Made by a program: the position numbers and the translations under genes
Part shown: one piece after another, positions 21,326 to 31,698 of the stretch
Position numbering within the stretch: position 1 is the stretch's first letter
Layout of the letters: each line of letters begins with the position of its first letter
The notes under the pieces: model-generated
Database searches by the model: none
The model's input: only the letters and a program-made list of their open reading frames with translations
What the model was told of the DNA's origin: nothing
From: an uncultured candidate division Zixibacteria bacterium
GTDB taxonomy: Bacteria; Zixibacteria; MSB-5A5; UBA10806
Assembly (NCBI GenBank): GCA_963801605.1
Contig: CAWDFP010000011.1
Span: 166,907 to 230,906 of the forward strand
DNA length: 64,000 nucleotides
Direction: 5' to 3'

Positions 21326-22417
21326 GTGTTCATGAGAATGTTTTTCATTGCCTGGTCGGTATTGCATATCTATGTGTTCTGGCGTTTGACATCGATCCCG
21401 ATTGTTGTTCGATATATTCCACGCAAAATATTGATTGTAATTGGCGTAATTCTCTGGACCACAATTCTGTTGCGTCAATTTGCGAATTTGCCGGAAATTT
21501 TCGTGATGAATTGGCTGGGGATTTTATTTCTTATATTTGTCAGCTTTTTGGTGGTCGATATTATCACAGCATTCGGTTTTCTATTCCGACGCCAGGCGCC
21601 ATCGTTGCGCGCTCTCGGACTCTTAGCAGGGGTTGTGCTTTCTGCGACGGCCTTGATTCAGGGAATGCGGCCGCCCGTAGTGCATGATTACGAAGTCCGG
21701 CTGCCCGGCTTGCCGGTTGAGGATGATGGTCTCGTTATTGCGGTGATATCTGATTTGCATGTCGGGCAGCTTTTGGACGGACAGTGGTTAGCAGCCCGTA
21801 TCGCTCAGGTGCAGGCGCTGAAACCTGATCTGGTGTTTATATTAGGTGATGTTTTTGAAGGTGATAGTCAATCTGAGCGCCAGGATAATATGAATTCGAT
21901 ACTAAAGGCTCTTCAGGCCCGTTATGGCGTCTGGGGGGTTACCGGCAATCATGAATCGCATGGCGGAGTAGATTCCAGTGTGCATTTCCTCGAAAGCGCC
22001 GGAGTGCGCCTGCTTCGCAATGAATGGGTCGAGGTGATACCGGGCTTGGCTCTCGGTGGTATCGATGACGGTGGGCATCAGGATTCACCGGGTGTAACGG
22101 CCGATCGTCTTAAACGTATACTGGCCGCAAAACCAAATATTCCTGCCGCTGTGTTTTTATCTCATCGCCCCCAAAATGCCGAGGAAATCGCCGGTTCCGG
22201 GGTAGGATTAATGCTGTCCGGTCATACTCATGGAGGGCAAATCTGGCCGTTCAGCTACATCACCGGATTAGTAAACCCGTTTTTGGCGGGGAGGTATAAG
22301 GTAGGAAGGATGTCGTTAATCGTCACTCGCGGTACCGGAACATGGGGACCACGTATGCGTCTTTGGGCTCCGTCCGAAATTCTTCGAATTACGCTTAAAG
22401 CAGATTCAGTTAAATAA
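21326..22417 (+). CDS. Membrane-anchored metallophosphoesterase (calcineurin-like)
   Basis: SDLH, GD, GNHE, LSH, SGHTHGGQ; N-terminal TM helices. Confidence 0.92.
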   Translation: MFMRMFFIAWSVLHIYVFWRLTSIPIVVRYIPRKILIVIGVILWTTILLRQFANLPEIFVMNWLGILFLIFVSFLVVDIITAFGFLFRRQAPSLRALGLLAGVVLSATALIQGMRPPVVHDYEVRLPGLPVEDDGLVIAVISDLHVGQLLDGQWLAARIAQVQALKPDLVFILGDVFEGDSQSERQDNMNSILKALQARYGVWGVTGNHESHGGVDSSVHFLESAGVRLLRNEWVEVIPGLALGGIDDGGHQDSPGVTADRLKRILAAKPNIPAAVFLSHRPQNAEEIAGSGVGLMLSGHTHGGQIWPFSYITGLVNPFLAGRYKVGRMSLIVTRGTGTWGPRMRLWAPSEILRITLKADSVK

Positions 22418-22751
22418 TTCTGCCCAATAAAGCGCAGACGACGCTTGACAATATTCGGGAAATAATAATACCGAGGCTTTCAAAGTAATAATAGCCTCAG
22501 CGATAATATTTAGAGCCTCCATGACCGAAGATTGAAATCGATTTAATAAAATAAGCCCTATTTCCGACAGCTTTATTTACAAATCTATTTAAATTTCTTT
22601 TTAGCTATTTAATTACTCAGAATAGCAAATCTTGATTTAGCCAAAAATCATCCAATAATCTTGGCAACCGGATATTAAAGCTCACTGCTTTTTGAGATAA
22701 AGCAGACCGATTTCCGCCGCATTTAGCGCCCCCCAAATACAAAGATGGAAA

Positions 22752-22779
22752 TTGACAATTTTCCACTTAATTGTATATT
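22752..22779 (+). promoter_or_regulatory. Sigma70-like promoter upstream of the secreted-protein cluster
   Basis: TTGACA-N16-TATATT. Confidence 0.45.
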
Positions 22780-23082
22780 AGTTTTGGCGCTTCTGTTTTA
22801 CGCCTCAATTTGCATACTACGGCTTGTTTTGGAAAACTGATTGTTTCTGGAGTCATTAACCTGATTAGGTTCGGCACTTTCTACCCGGAGAAATTATGAG
22901 GCGCTTGTTATTACCTCGACTGCTAATTTTGACTTCAAATGCTGCTTATACGCCCCATGCTACTGATGATAAATTTGCAAAATGAAAATATGAAGACAAA
23001 AATTGATGACCTCGAAAGGAGACTTTCGGAACCTGAAAAACGCTAAGTAGCTGTTGGTGAAAAAACAACTTTGGAGAAATTT

Positions 23083-24838
23083 ATGAAATTCTTGCTACCT
23101 CTTGTTATTGGTTTGATGCTGACGATGAGCGTTGTTGCCGTCGCGGGCGGCCCTGGGATGATAAACTATCAGGGACAATTAAATGACAATTCGGGTAATC
23201 CCGTCCCTGACGGAAATTACAATGTAGTTTTTTCGATTTACAACCAGCTTGCCGGTGGCTTGCCGGTTTGGGCCGAGACAACCTCGGTTACAGTTGTCAA
23301 TGGTATCTTTACGAAGACACTTGGTTCCACACACGCCATCGCTCGCACTATATTTGAGGATGACCCCACATACCTGGGCATAAAAGTTGGAACTAACGCG
23401 GAGATGACGCCTCGCGCTCGCCTGGTTTCCGTTCCCTATGCCATACAGGCAAACAGAGCTGACACTGCCAGCGTCTCGCTCTCCGGCCCTGTAGGTAATG
23501 GCGGTTGGAGCTGATAACGGCAGCACGGTAACTTTGACCACGGCAACGGATAGAGTATTAATTAAATTCAACATCTACGACTGGTAAGCTGGCGTCTATT
23601 CGTCGCGGCACCGCAATTGTTGGCGAATGCAGCGCAATGATGGGCGCATCGGAATATGGAAAGGCATATGGCAGCTTTGGTCAGGGGTTCGAGGTTATGC
23701 CACAGGTCAAGCGGTAACGGAGTTATGGTATTGCGGACTAGCGCAACCACTATCGGTGTTTATGGCTTGCTAAAGATATTGACAAATGGAAAAGGGGTCC
23801 AGGGCGTTATCCGAGGGTGACGGTGACGGCGTTTATGGCGAGTCCCAGGGAACAGGGCGCGGCGTTGTTGCTCTATGCCTCGGGAACCGGTATGGGCCTG
23901 GTGGCTACTTCCGAACAAAGCATTGGCGTGTTTGCAACCTCAAACAAATCCATCGAGGGCATGGGTATATTCGGTCTGGCCAGCGGCAGCCACCCCACCG
24001 GAATCAAGGGTTACTCCAGTGGCACCTATGCTACCGGCGTTCATGGACAAGCCGCCAGCCGAGATGGTATTGGCGTTTATGGCCAGGCCGATAGCGCCGA
24101 TGGTATCGCGGTAAAAGGCTCTTCGAATGGATTACGAGGAAAGGGCCTCCTTGGCACCGCATCCGGCCCCAGCGGCATTGGAATTTATGGTGAAAATACC
24201 TATAACAATGGCGTTGCTATAAAGGGCATAGCGACCAACGCCACAGCAGGCACTGGAGTTGAAGGCGAAGGTGCGTCAATTGGAGTATACGCCCATGGTA
24301 TAAGCGCCACCGCCACCGGAATAAGGGCTGTAGCAGGCGGTCCAAACGCTAAGGCGGCCATACTCGTAGGCAATTTACTTATGTATGGTGTAACCTCAGG
24401 CGAAGTTGTCATGGAGCTCGGCGAGGGACTCGATTATGCCGAGGCTTTTGATATTTCCGAAGGCGTTGATATCGCTCCTGGTACAGTGGTGGCAATCGAT
24501 TCCAAAAATCCCGGCAAGTTGGCGGTTTGTCAGAGTGCTTATGATAAAAAAGTTGCCGGTATTGTGGCTGGAGCAAATGGCTTGGGCTCCGGTGTTCGTT
24601 TGGGAACCGGGAAATATGATAAGGATGTGGCCTTGGCAGGCAGAGTATACTGCCAGGTTGAAGCTCTGGATGAAGCTATCGAGCCGGGCGATCTTCTCAC
24701 CACATCAGTCAACTCCGGGATATGCCATGAAAGCTAACTGATCATTTGAAAGCTCAGGGCGCAATCTTGGGTAAAGCGATGGAGCCATTGGCCAGGGGGC
24801 AAAAGGGAATGATTTTGGTGCTGGTAACTTTACAGTAG
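23083..24838 (+). CDS. Secreted tail-fibre-like protein with Gly-rich GVxG repeats and a C-terminal peptidase G2-like intramolecular chaperone domain (several frameshifts)
   Basis: Signal peptide; N-domain INYQGQLND..G.PVPDGNY..VFSIY; repeats GVYG/GIYG/AIKG. The C-terminus DYAEAFD..PGTVV..AYDKKVAGIV..VALAGRVY..IEPGDLLTTS..PGYAMKA..GAILGKAMEPL..GMILVLVTLQ is pieced together across indels at ~23509-23810 and ~24710-24740. Confidence 0.7.
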
Positions 24839-24853
24839 GCGATGGAGGAAAAA

Positions 24854-26322
24854 ATGAAATTAATATTATTTTTAATTATCCTCTGCGCTTCGCTGTTTGC
24901 AATTGTACCCACCGCATTTGCTCAGCCGATCACCAGTCAGGAAGCTGCCATTGTGGCCAGCAATTGGTTGACTTTGGTATGGTCTAAGACCGGCGATTGG
25001 GGTGGCACAACAAGGCCCTCTCTAGCGAATGTGGAGGAATATAAGCGCGGAAACAGAACTCTGGGTTATTTCTGCAAAGTAAACCCAAGTGGATATATAC
25101 TCGTATCCCTGCTCAGAGGATTACCGCCTATTACGGCTTATTCGACAACATGCAATCTCGATCTCAGCGTTGATGAAGGGCCGGGAGATCTCTTAAAATA
25201 TTGGCCCGAACGGGTCTTAAATCAAATCGAAAAACAACTTGGACCATTATCTGGTGTTACGCCCGACCGATTGCGTCCGCTCTTGGCGATTGATAATACT
25301 GACGTGTGGAATATGCTGAGCCAGAGACCCGGTAAATTTTCAATACTCAGCTCGAAAATGGCACTATCGCCCGAGGATTATTATCAAGGCGATATTCTTT
25401 TAACATCCAACTGGCATCAGTTTGAGCCATATAACAACAATTGCCCATCTAATTCTGATGTCTGCGATAATCCCCACTGTGCGGCTGGATGCGTAGCTAC
25501 CGCAGCGGCTCAAATAGTCAGATATTGGTCGTGGCCTCCTGGTCGCGATTTTATGAGCATGAGAGATTACGTCTACACATCCGATTCAACGCAATGGCAG
25601 GCCACCGTGGCCGAACTGAGCTCTTTTCTCGGTTTAGCGGTAGATATGGATTATTGCGAGAACGACGGCTGCGCGTCCGGATCTTTCATTGTCGATATGG
25701 AAGTGGTTTTGGAAGATCTGTCGTATGACCAAGCCTGCTGGGTTGCCTTTCGATCGGATTACGCTGAAGATCCGATGGGTTGGTGGGGTCTGATTACGAC
25801 GATCTCGATGCCAACCGGCCAATTGAATATGGTATCCCCGGTCATGCCATAGTTTGCGATGGCTATAACAATATGGGCGGCCAGTGGAATTACCACATGA
25901 ATTATGGCTGGGCAGGCATGCGCGATTCCTTTAGTACTTGGTATGCCCTGGATAATTTATATTATCCCGCCGAAGGGGATTTATCCGAGGAAAAAATGCT
26001 CATAGGAATCCGGCCAAACTCAAACATCGGCTCGATGGGCTGGTTTGATTATTCTGGTTACAGCTATGTGACCCGCGATTTTGTCGGCGGCAATGCTCAT
26101 TTTAATCCCGGAAGCAGAATTCAATTCCTTACTCAACCGGCGACGGTACTTGGCGCCTCAGCTAATAGTGTTAGGATAGATGGTGCACCTTCAGCAATTA
26201 CGAAGCTTTATGCCATCGACGAAACGCAGGGAATAGTAATTACTAATGCGAGCATAATAATCAATAATGGTGGAGGAATTCAGATGATCCGCGAGAGGCC
26301 GGGGATATATGATTTAAGGTGA
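24854..26322 (+). CDS. C10 family (streptopain/SpeB-like) cysteine protease with propeptide (frameshift near 25798)
   Basis: WHQFEPYN, catalytic AGCVATAAAQI, GHAIVCDGY, HMNYGWAG. Adding one G at ~25798 gives WWGLITDDLDANRPIEYG. Confidence 0.88.
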
Positions 26323-26416
26323 CCCAAAAATCTTGAACCACCCGGCTTAATCGACTTTGATGAATTGATTGGAAATTGATGGATAGAAGAATTAAAGAAA
26401 TTTGAAAGGAGTAACC

Positions 26417-28256
26417 ATGCGCAATGTTTTAGTACCCTGTTTATTCGTCTTCATTTTCCTTATGATGATTGTGCCCGTTGTAACGGCCCAGGATGGCCGG
26501 CCGGAGCCGCCGCGTCTGCATTATCAGGCTGCACTCCACAATCAGCTCGGTGAAATCGTACCGGATAGTAATTATTTTATGACATTCAGGATATTTTCCG
26601 ATTCGATAGGCGGGACTTTGTTATGGTCAGAGACCCATCCCGGTGTACCGGTTAGAGGCGGGTCGTTTAATGCCGAATTAGGGAGTGTCAATCCATGCTC
26701 CCTTAGTTTGTTCAATTTCGGACGGCTCTATCTCGAAACGCAAATCGGCGATGACGCTATTCCATTGAGCCCGCGAGCCAGGTTAGGCTCGGCGCCATCA
26801 TCAGGTTCGTCTCAAAGGGTATCAGGCGATATTAGTACATCACCGGGCTTAATTCGCATGTTTGCGCCGCAGCCTGAACCGCCAGATCAATCCATTGTTG
26901 AGATCGAAAACCAATCTCGGCGGAGAAGCCAGTCTTGTTATGTTCGCTCCCCAACCTGAACCTCCGGCCCGAGCCATTCAAAACAATGGAGATAAGTTCA
27001 TCACCATCCGGTGGAGCGAGTTTCGGCATGTCTGCAGTTCAAGGCAGTTACGCCAAACAGATATTCGGTGTCCAAACTAATCTGTCAGGAACTGATATGC
27101 AGTTCTTTGCTCCTCAGGCCGGTGGCGCTCGGTTGGTCAATAATAATCCTCAGATTCAGGCTTAAGGCTGGATAGTTTATATACCCGCAGGATGTTAATT
27201 CAAAGAGCCCGTTCACCTGACCGGAGGCCCATCCGACAGTACCGGAGTCTCGATGAAGGCCGATTCAATAAATAGCAAGTTTTCCTTATTCAGCAGCAAT
27301 AATCCCCAGGTCAAGGTTACAGCCTACATCGAGGCGGTGGAGCAATGAACCTGTTCAGTCATGGCTCTGAGTATATGGGCATTGAACCAAGCCCGTTTAA
27401 CAGCGGTGGCGCCGTAAGGATGTATGACGGCGCTGGGGCGAAATCTCTTGAAATTACATCTGAAGGGTCTGCCAGTTTTCTTAATGATGGTACCGAATAC
27501 ATGGGCGTCGGGCCAAGCCCATTTCATCCTGGCGGTGATTTTGTGATGATTGATACCAACGGGGTTAATACAATGGCTTTTAGCTCTCAAGGTATTGCAA
27601 GTTTCTTTAGCGATGGTACTGAGTTTATGGGCGTTGAGCCTAGCCCGTTTAATCCTGTCGGCACTCTAAAGATGTATGATAGCACTGGCGTATCTACCAT
27701 TGAGCTTTCCTCCAGCGGCTCAGCCAACTTCAAGCGTAACGGCACCGAATATATGGGTATTGGACCAAGTCCGTTTAATGGCACCGGAGTTTTAACAATG
27801 TATGGCGGTGCTCCTATTGGAACTCGGGTTATTCTTTCTTCGGATGGCAAATTGAGCCTCGGCACTTCAAGCACTTCAAACATCCTGACTATCCAGCAAT
27901 ATTCAATTACTGATCCAATTGCCGATGCCTGGACCACATACAGCTCGCGCCGCTGGAAAACAAACATTCAACCAATGCAGGGTTCGCTTGCCAGAGTAAT
28001 GAAGCTTCAAGGCGTATCGTACGATCAAAAAGAAGGTGGCAAGCATGAAATCGGCTTGATCGCCGAAGATGTTGGCCAGGTTGTGCCGGAAGTTGTCGCT
28101 TATGAAGACAATGGTATTGACGCCAAGTCAATCGACTATGCCCGCTTGACGGCGTTGTTAGTCGAAGCAGTCAAGGAGCAGCAAAAGACTATTGAAAATC
28201 AAAATCTCAAAATCGAAAAGCTTCAGAGTGAAATAAATAAATTAAGTGAAAAATAA
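26417..28256 (+). CDS. Secreted tail-fibre-like repeat protein with a C-terminal peptidase S74 chaperone domain (several frameshifts)
   Basis: Same N-domain type as the 23083 gene (LHYQAALHNQLGEIVPDSNY..TFRIF). FAPQPEPP and EYMG.EPSPF repeats. S74 signature YSSRRWKTNI..IGLIAEDV..VPEVV..IDYARLTALLVEAVKEQQ. Indels between ~26907 and ~27330. Confidence 0.78.
27369..27778 (+). repeat. Four copies of an intragenic 126-nt (42-aa) tandem repeat
   Basis: E(Y/F)MG(I/V)(E/G)PSPF begins at 27369, 27495, 27621 and 27747. Confidence 0.9.
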
Positions 28257-28261
28257 AGGGA

Positions 28262-28849
28262 ATGACCATGAAAACCAGAATTACCTTATTATTATTTTTA
28301 ATGCTGGTATCAGTCGCATCCGCCCAAACTTACCAAATCGATTGGTATGTTATCGGCGCCGGAGGCGGCCATTCCCAATCGGGAAGCTATCAGCTTGATG
28401 GCACCATCGGCCAGCCGATAGTAGGGAAATCGAGTTCTGCCAGCTATTCTCTCGATGCGGGATTTTGGGTGGGAACATCCACCACCGGACCCGCCTGCGA
28501 TTATTCCGTCGGTGACGCCAACAACAGCCATAGTTTCAATGGCCTCGATGTTACCTATAGTGTGGGCTATTTTAAGGGTGGTCCAGCGCCGCCATACACC
28601 TGCGAATGCACACCGGGACACACCTGGTACGTAGCCGGGGACGTGAACGCGTCCTGTTCGTTTAACGGCCTTGATGTTACCTACATGGTGAGTTATTTCA
28701 AGGGTGGGCCGGCGGTTCATCCATGCGGCGATTGTCCCCCGGGAGGAATGTTTGCTCCGCCTGTTCCGGGAATAGAGCCGACACCGGCAGTTCAACCGGT
28801 ACTAAATTCCGAGCTTTATGCTAAGCCTGCCGCGCCCGGACAGGAGTAG
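28262..28849 (+). CDS. Secreted protein with a dockerin-like duplicated Ca-binding domain
   Basis: Signal peptide; YQIDWYVIGAGGGHS.SGSYQLDGTIGQP domain; duplicated GDANNSHSFNGLDVTYSVGYFKGG / GDVNASCSFNGLDVTYMVSYFKGG. Confidence 0.8.
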   Translation: MTMKTRITLLLFLMLVSVASAQTYQIDWYVIGAGGGHSQSGSYQLDGTIGQPIVGKSSSASYSLDAGFWVGTSTTGPACDYSVGDANNSHSFNGLDVTYSVGYFKGGPAPPYTCECTPGHTWYVAGDVNASCSFNGLDVTYMVSYFKGGPAVHPCGDCPPGGMFAPPVPGIEPTPAVQPVLNSELYAKPAAPGQE

Positions 28850-28877
28850 CCGGGATTATAGTATTAATCAAAACATT

Positions 28878-28904
28878 AGGGCAGCCATGCGGGCTGCCCT
28901 TTTT
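28878..28904 (+). terminator. Rho-independent terminator
   Basis: AGGGCAGCC-ATGCG-GGCTGCCCT followed by TTTT. Confidence 0.8.
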
Positions 28905-28976
28905 GTTGCTGATATTTCCACTTAAGCTATCTAAGCCTTTGACTTTGTTGTCTATATGCTTTTGATAGCGGAAGCG

Positions 28977-31649
28977 CTAACCATTCCTGAAAAAATCGAT
29001 TATCAATCCAATTAATGGCCAGCTCCTGTATTTCCTGAAATAATTATTTAGTTTTTTTCTATTGGCCAGGTAAAACAGGATTGCAATAACAGCAATAGAA
29101 ATTAGGTTTATAAACAATTCCTTTTCAGTTCCCTTTGTATTTCCTGTCCAGATTTCGTAAATTACGTCAAATACCATGACACACTGAATGGCGCCCAAAA
29201 GGACCAAAAGAACATTCATTAAATTAAGACGCTTTCGCTCCTGATCCTCGCGCTTTTTTGTCCTTTGATTTTGAATTCGTTGAATTACAGCAGTCATGGC
29301 CTGCTGTCCCGATGTTAAATTCTGGATTTTAATTTGAAGGTCGTTAGTAAGCTCGGGCATCGAAAGCGATGAGAATGCTTTTCGAAGAAGCAGGGCATGA
29401 TCGGCATATTGCGAGACTGTTGCCGAATTGACGTGATCCAGCGCAGTCAGGGCCAGCGCTCCGAATTTCTGAACATCCAGATGCATGTTATAAACTTTAT
29501 GCTCGAAATCGTCGAGCTTGGCGTCATCAAGAACATCATCGATAACCGGGAATACATCGCTGATCATATTAATGGTGGCTTTAAGATTTTCCAGAGGTTT
29601 ATCGCTCTCTGCCAGACAATACAAAATCAGCGTTCGTATCAGGATAATCCATTTGGTGGTTTCGATATACTGCAGGACTATAAATTCGGGATCATCCCGC
29701 ATAAAAATGATGGCATAGTTTTCGGTTAGTCCAAAGAAATCACTTTTATGGCCCCTGACCTGCGCCAGGTTTTTGATATTGATATCGTCCAATGAGATTC
29801 CAATCCAATCGTCGACACTGGCCTTATCAGCGCGATGGTAGGACCAGATACCCGGCCATTCGGGGTTGGCGGCTAAATTTTTGCTATCAATCGCATTACC
29901 GTGTTCATCTGTAATATTATAGAACCTGATACTGGTAAACCAGGTTTGGCTGGGTTCCATCCAGCGATCAGGTTCAGATAACACGGCAATATCGTTCTCG
30001 GGATGTTCGGTTTTTGGCCTGAAGCCCTTTAGTTCATCCTGATAGAATTGATCTATCAGCTTATGATATTCCTCAAATATTTTTTCAGCCAATTCGGGTA
30101 CTCGTCCCCATGACGTTGTAGGATATTCCGCTTTTGACGCTACTTTTTCGGGAGTATCGTCGGGATCAATTTTGTTGTCGAATGCCATTTCATATCGAGC
30201 CGCGTGGGGGCAGATCATGTTTTTGATTACTTGAAAATCAGACACGGTAAATTTGGTTTTATTTCGATCGTCCGGTTTTTCGATTTCAAAATTAATTATC
30301 CCCACGCCAATCCGGCAATGCAGTAGTTTAGGCTTAAGCTTAAGAGGAAAGACCGGATCGTTCGGATCGAATTTTTGAAATGGCAGTTTGTTGACTACCA
30401 GTGTGGGAAATTCAATAAGTATATTTTCAAAATGCTTGGACCCGATATTCGTTTCAAGTATATCGGGCGCCGGGTCGTTTGACGCTGCCAGAATTGGGAA
30501 TGATCCAATGCCATGATCTACATTTAATTTTTTACGTAATTTATCGAAAATGCTGAGAGCTTTCAGTTCTGTCTGGTCGGCTTTTGCGGGTTCGTTTGAG
30601 GATATGGGCGTCGGGAAATTATTTTTTCCGGCGGCGGTACCTTTTTCCGGGGCCTCAACTTTCTCCGAATCCTCTTTCCACTGAAATCCTGATACATCCA
30701 AATAGAAACCCACCATTAACTGACCATCAATTTGGTCAATTCTTAGTCTGGGGTTTCCTCTTTGAGCGGCGAATCTATCGAGAGTAACCAGATGTCCCCG
30801 CATTTCCGATGCCGATTCAAAATCCGGAAATTTTACTTTGCCGGCTGCTTTATTATTCTCATATTTTTCGAGATAAGAAATGCATTCTATTAACTGCGGC
30901 CGGAATGATGGGTATTCTGTATAGAACCTATTGCGATCCTTCTGACAATAATCCATATATTCCGTGGTTTTAACCAGGCATTCATGATGTTTAACGGATT
31001 GCGTTATAAAGTCATCCAGATTTTCGGCGAAATCTTTCAATTCAGGATCAGGTGATGAAAATACATTTTTGAGCTTTTTTGACGCCTCATCGCTTAATTC
31101 GAGATATCGTTTGGCATGGTGCCGCATTTCGAGCGGGTCATTGGCGATCATGCCATTTTCGATAAGCGACTGGTGCAGGACGCGTTGAGCCAGAAACGAA
31201 AGCGCCTCGAAAAGATTCTTCGTATACGAATCTATACCCGGATGAGCTTTCGCGGTGAAATCGGCTATCAATTTGGATGACACCAGGCCGCAGCCGATAC
31301 AATCGTAATTGAAACTGTCTTCCCATCTTTCATAAGCGGAACAATGGAGATAAAAGTAGAGCGCCAGAAATTTATCGATATTTATCGACGAGGCGTTCTG
31401 GAATATCGGTTTTAATACTTCTTTCCAGCGCTGGCATTCCCACATATCGGATTTTAACCCGCAATGCAGTTCTCCGCAGGGATGATGCTTATCCTCGCGA
31501 CCCCTTTCGGGAAGCCCGTGAACGCAATCATCCACGTTTTCGGGAAGCTTATCTTTGTTGGAAAAAAGTATCTCTTCGGTAATAAGCCGGGCGTTTTCCT
31601 GCTCGCACTCGATATAATAATCAAGCATTACATTAAAATCTTTGGTCAT
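28977..31649 (-). CDS. Hypothetical 890-aa protein: Cys/His-rich N-terminus, long coiled coil and two C-terminal TM helices (CorA-like topology)
   Basis: Long uninterrupted ORF with RBS GGAGG. TM1 LMNVLLVLLGAIQCVMVF, TM2 LFINLISIAVIAILFYLA, basic tail. No GMN motif. Confidence 0.75.
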   Translation of the reverse strand: MTKDFNVMLDYYIECEQENARLITEEILFSNKDKLPENVDDCVHGLPERGREDKHHPCGELHCGLKSDMWECQRWKEVLKPIFQNASSINIDKFLALYFYLHCSAYERWEDSFNYDCIGCGLVSSKLIADFTAKAHPGIDSYTKNLFEALSFLAQRVLHQSLIENGMIANDPLEMRHHAKRYLELSDEASKKLKNVFSSPDPELKDFAENLDDFITQSVKHHECLVKTTEYMDYCQKDRNRFYTEYPSFRPQLIECISYLEKYENNKAAGKVKFPDFESASEMRGHLVTLDRFAAQRGNPRLRIDQIDGQLMVGFYLDVSGFQWKEDSEKVEAPEKGTAAGKNNFPTPISSNEPAKADQTELKALSIFDKLRKKLNVDHGIGSFPILAASNDPAPDILETNIGSKHFENILIEFPTLVVNKLPFQKFDPNDPVFPLKLKPKLLHCRIGVGIINFEIEKPDDRNKTKFTVSDFQVIKNMICPHAARYEMAFDNKIDPDDTPEKVASKAEYPTTSWGRVPELAEKIFEEYHKLIDQFYQDELKGFRPKTEHPENDIAVLSEPDRWMEPSQTWFTSIRFYNITDEHGNAIDSKNLAANPEWPGIWSYHRADKASVDDWIGISLDDINIKNLAQVRGHKSDFFGLTENYAIIFMRDDPEFIVLQYIETTKWIILIRTLILYCLAESDKPLENLKATINMISDVFPVIDDVLDDAKLDDFEHKVYNMHLDVQKFGALALTALDHVNSATVSQYADHALLLRKAFSSLSMPELTNDLQIKIQNLTSGQQAMTAVIQRIQNQRTKKREDQERKRLNLMNVLLVLLGAIQCVMVFDVIYEIWTGNTKGTEKELFINLISIAVIAILFYLANRKKLNNYFRKYRSWPLIGLIIDFFRNG

Positions 31650-31698
31650 TTTTCGTCCTCCCTAAAAGGCGGACTCGAATCAAAGAAGAGACGTTGAT

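Noticed and set aside
23509..23517. Selenocysteine or stop read-through at TGA 23512
   Set aside because: TGA is followed by TAA. Removing one base gives GGWADNGSTVTL, so an indel explains it.
23083..28256. Prophage tail region
   Set aside because: The proteins have Sec signal peptides, and no capsid, terminase, integrase or baseplate genes are nearby.
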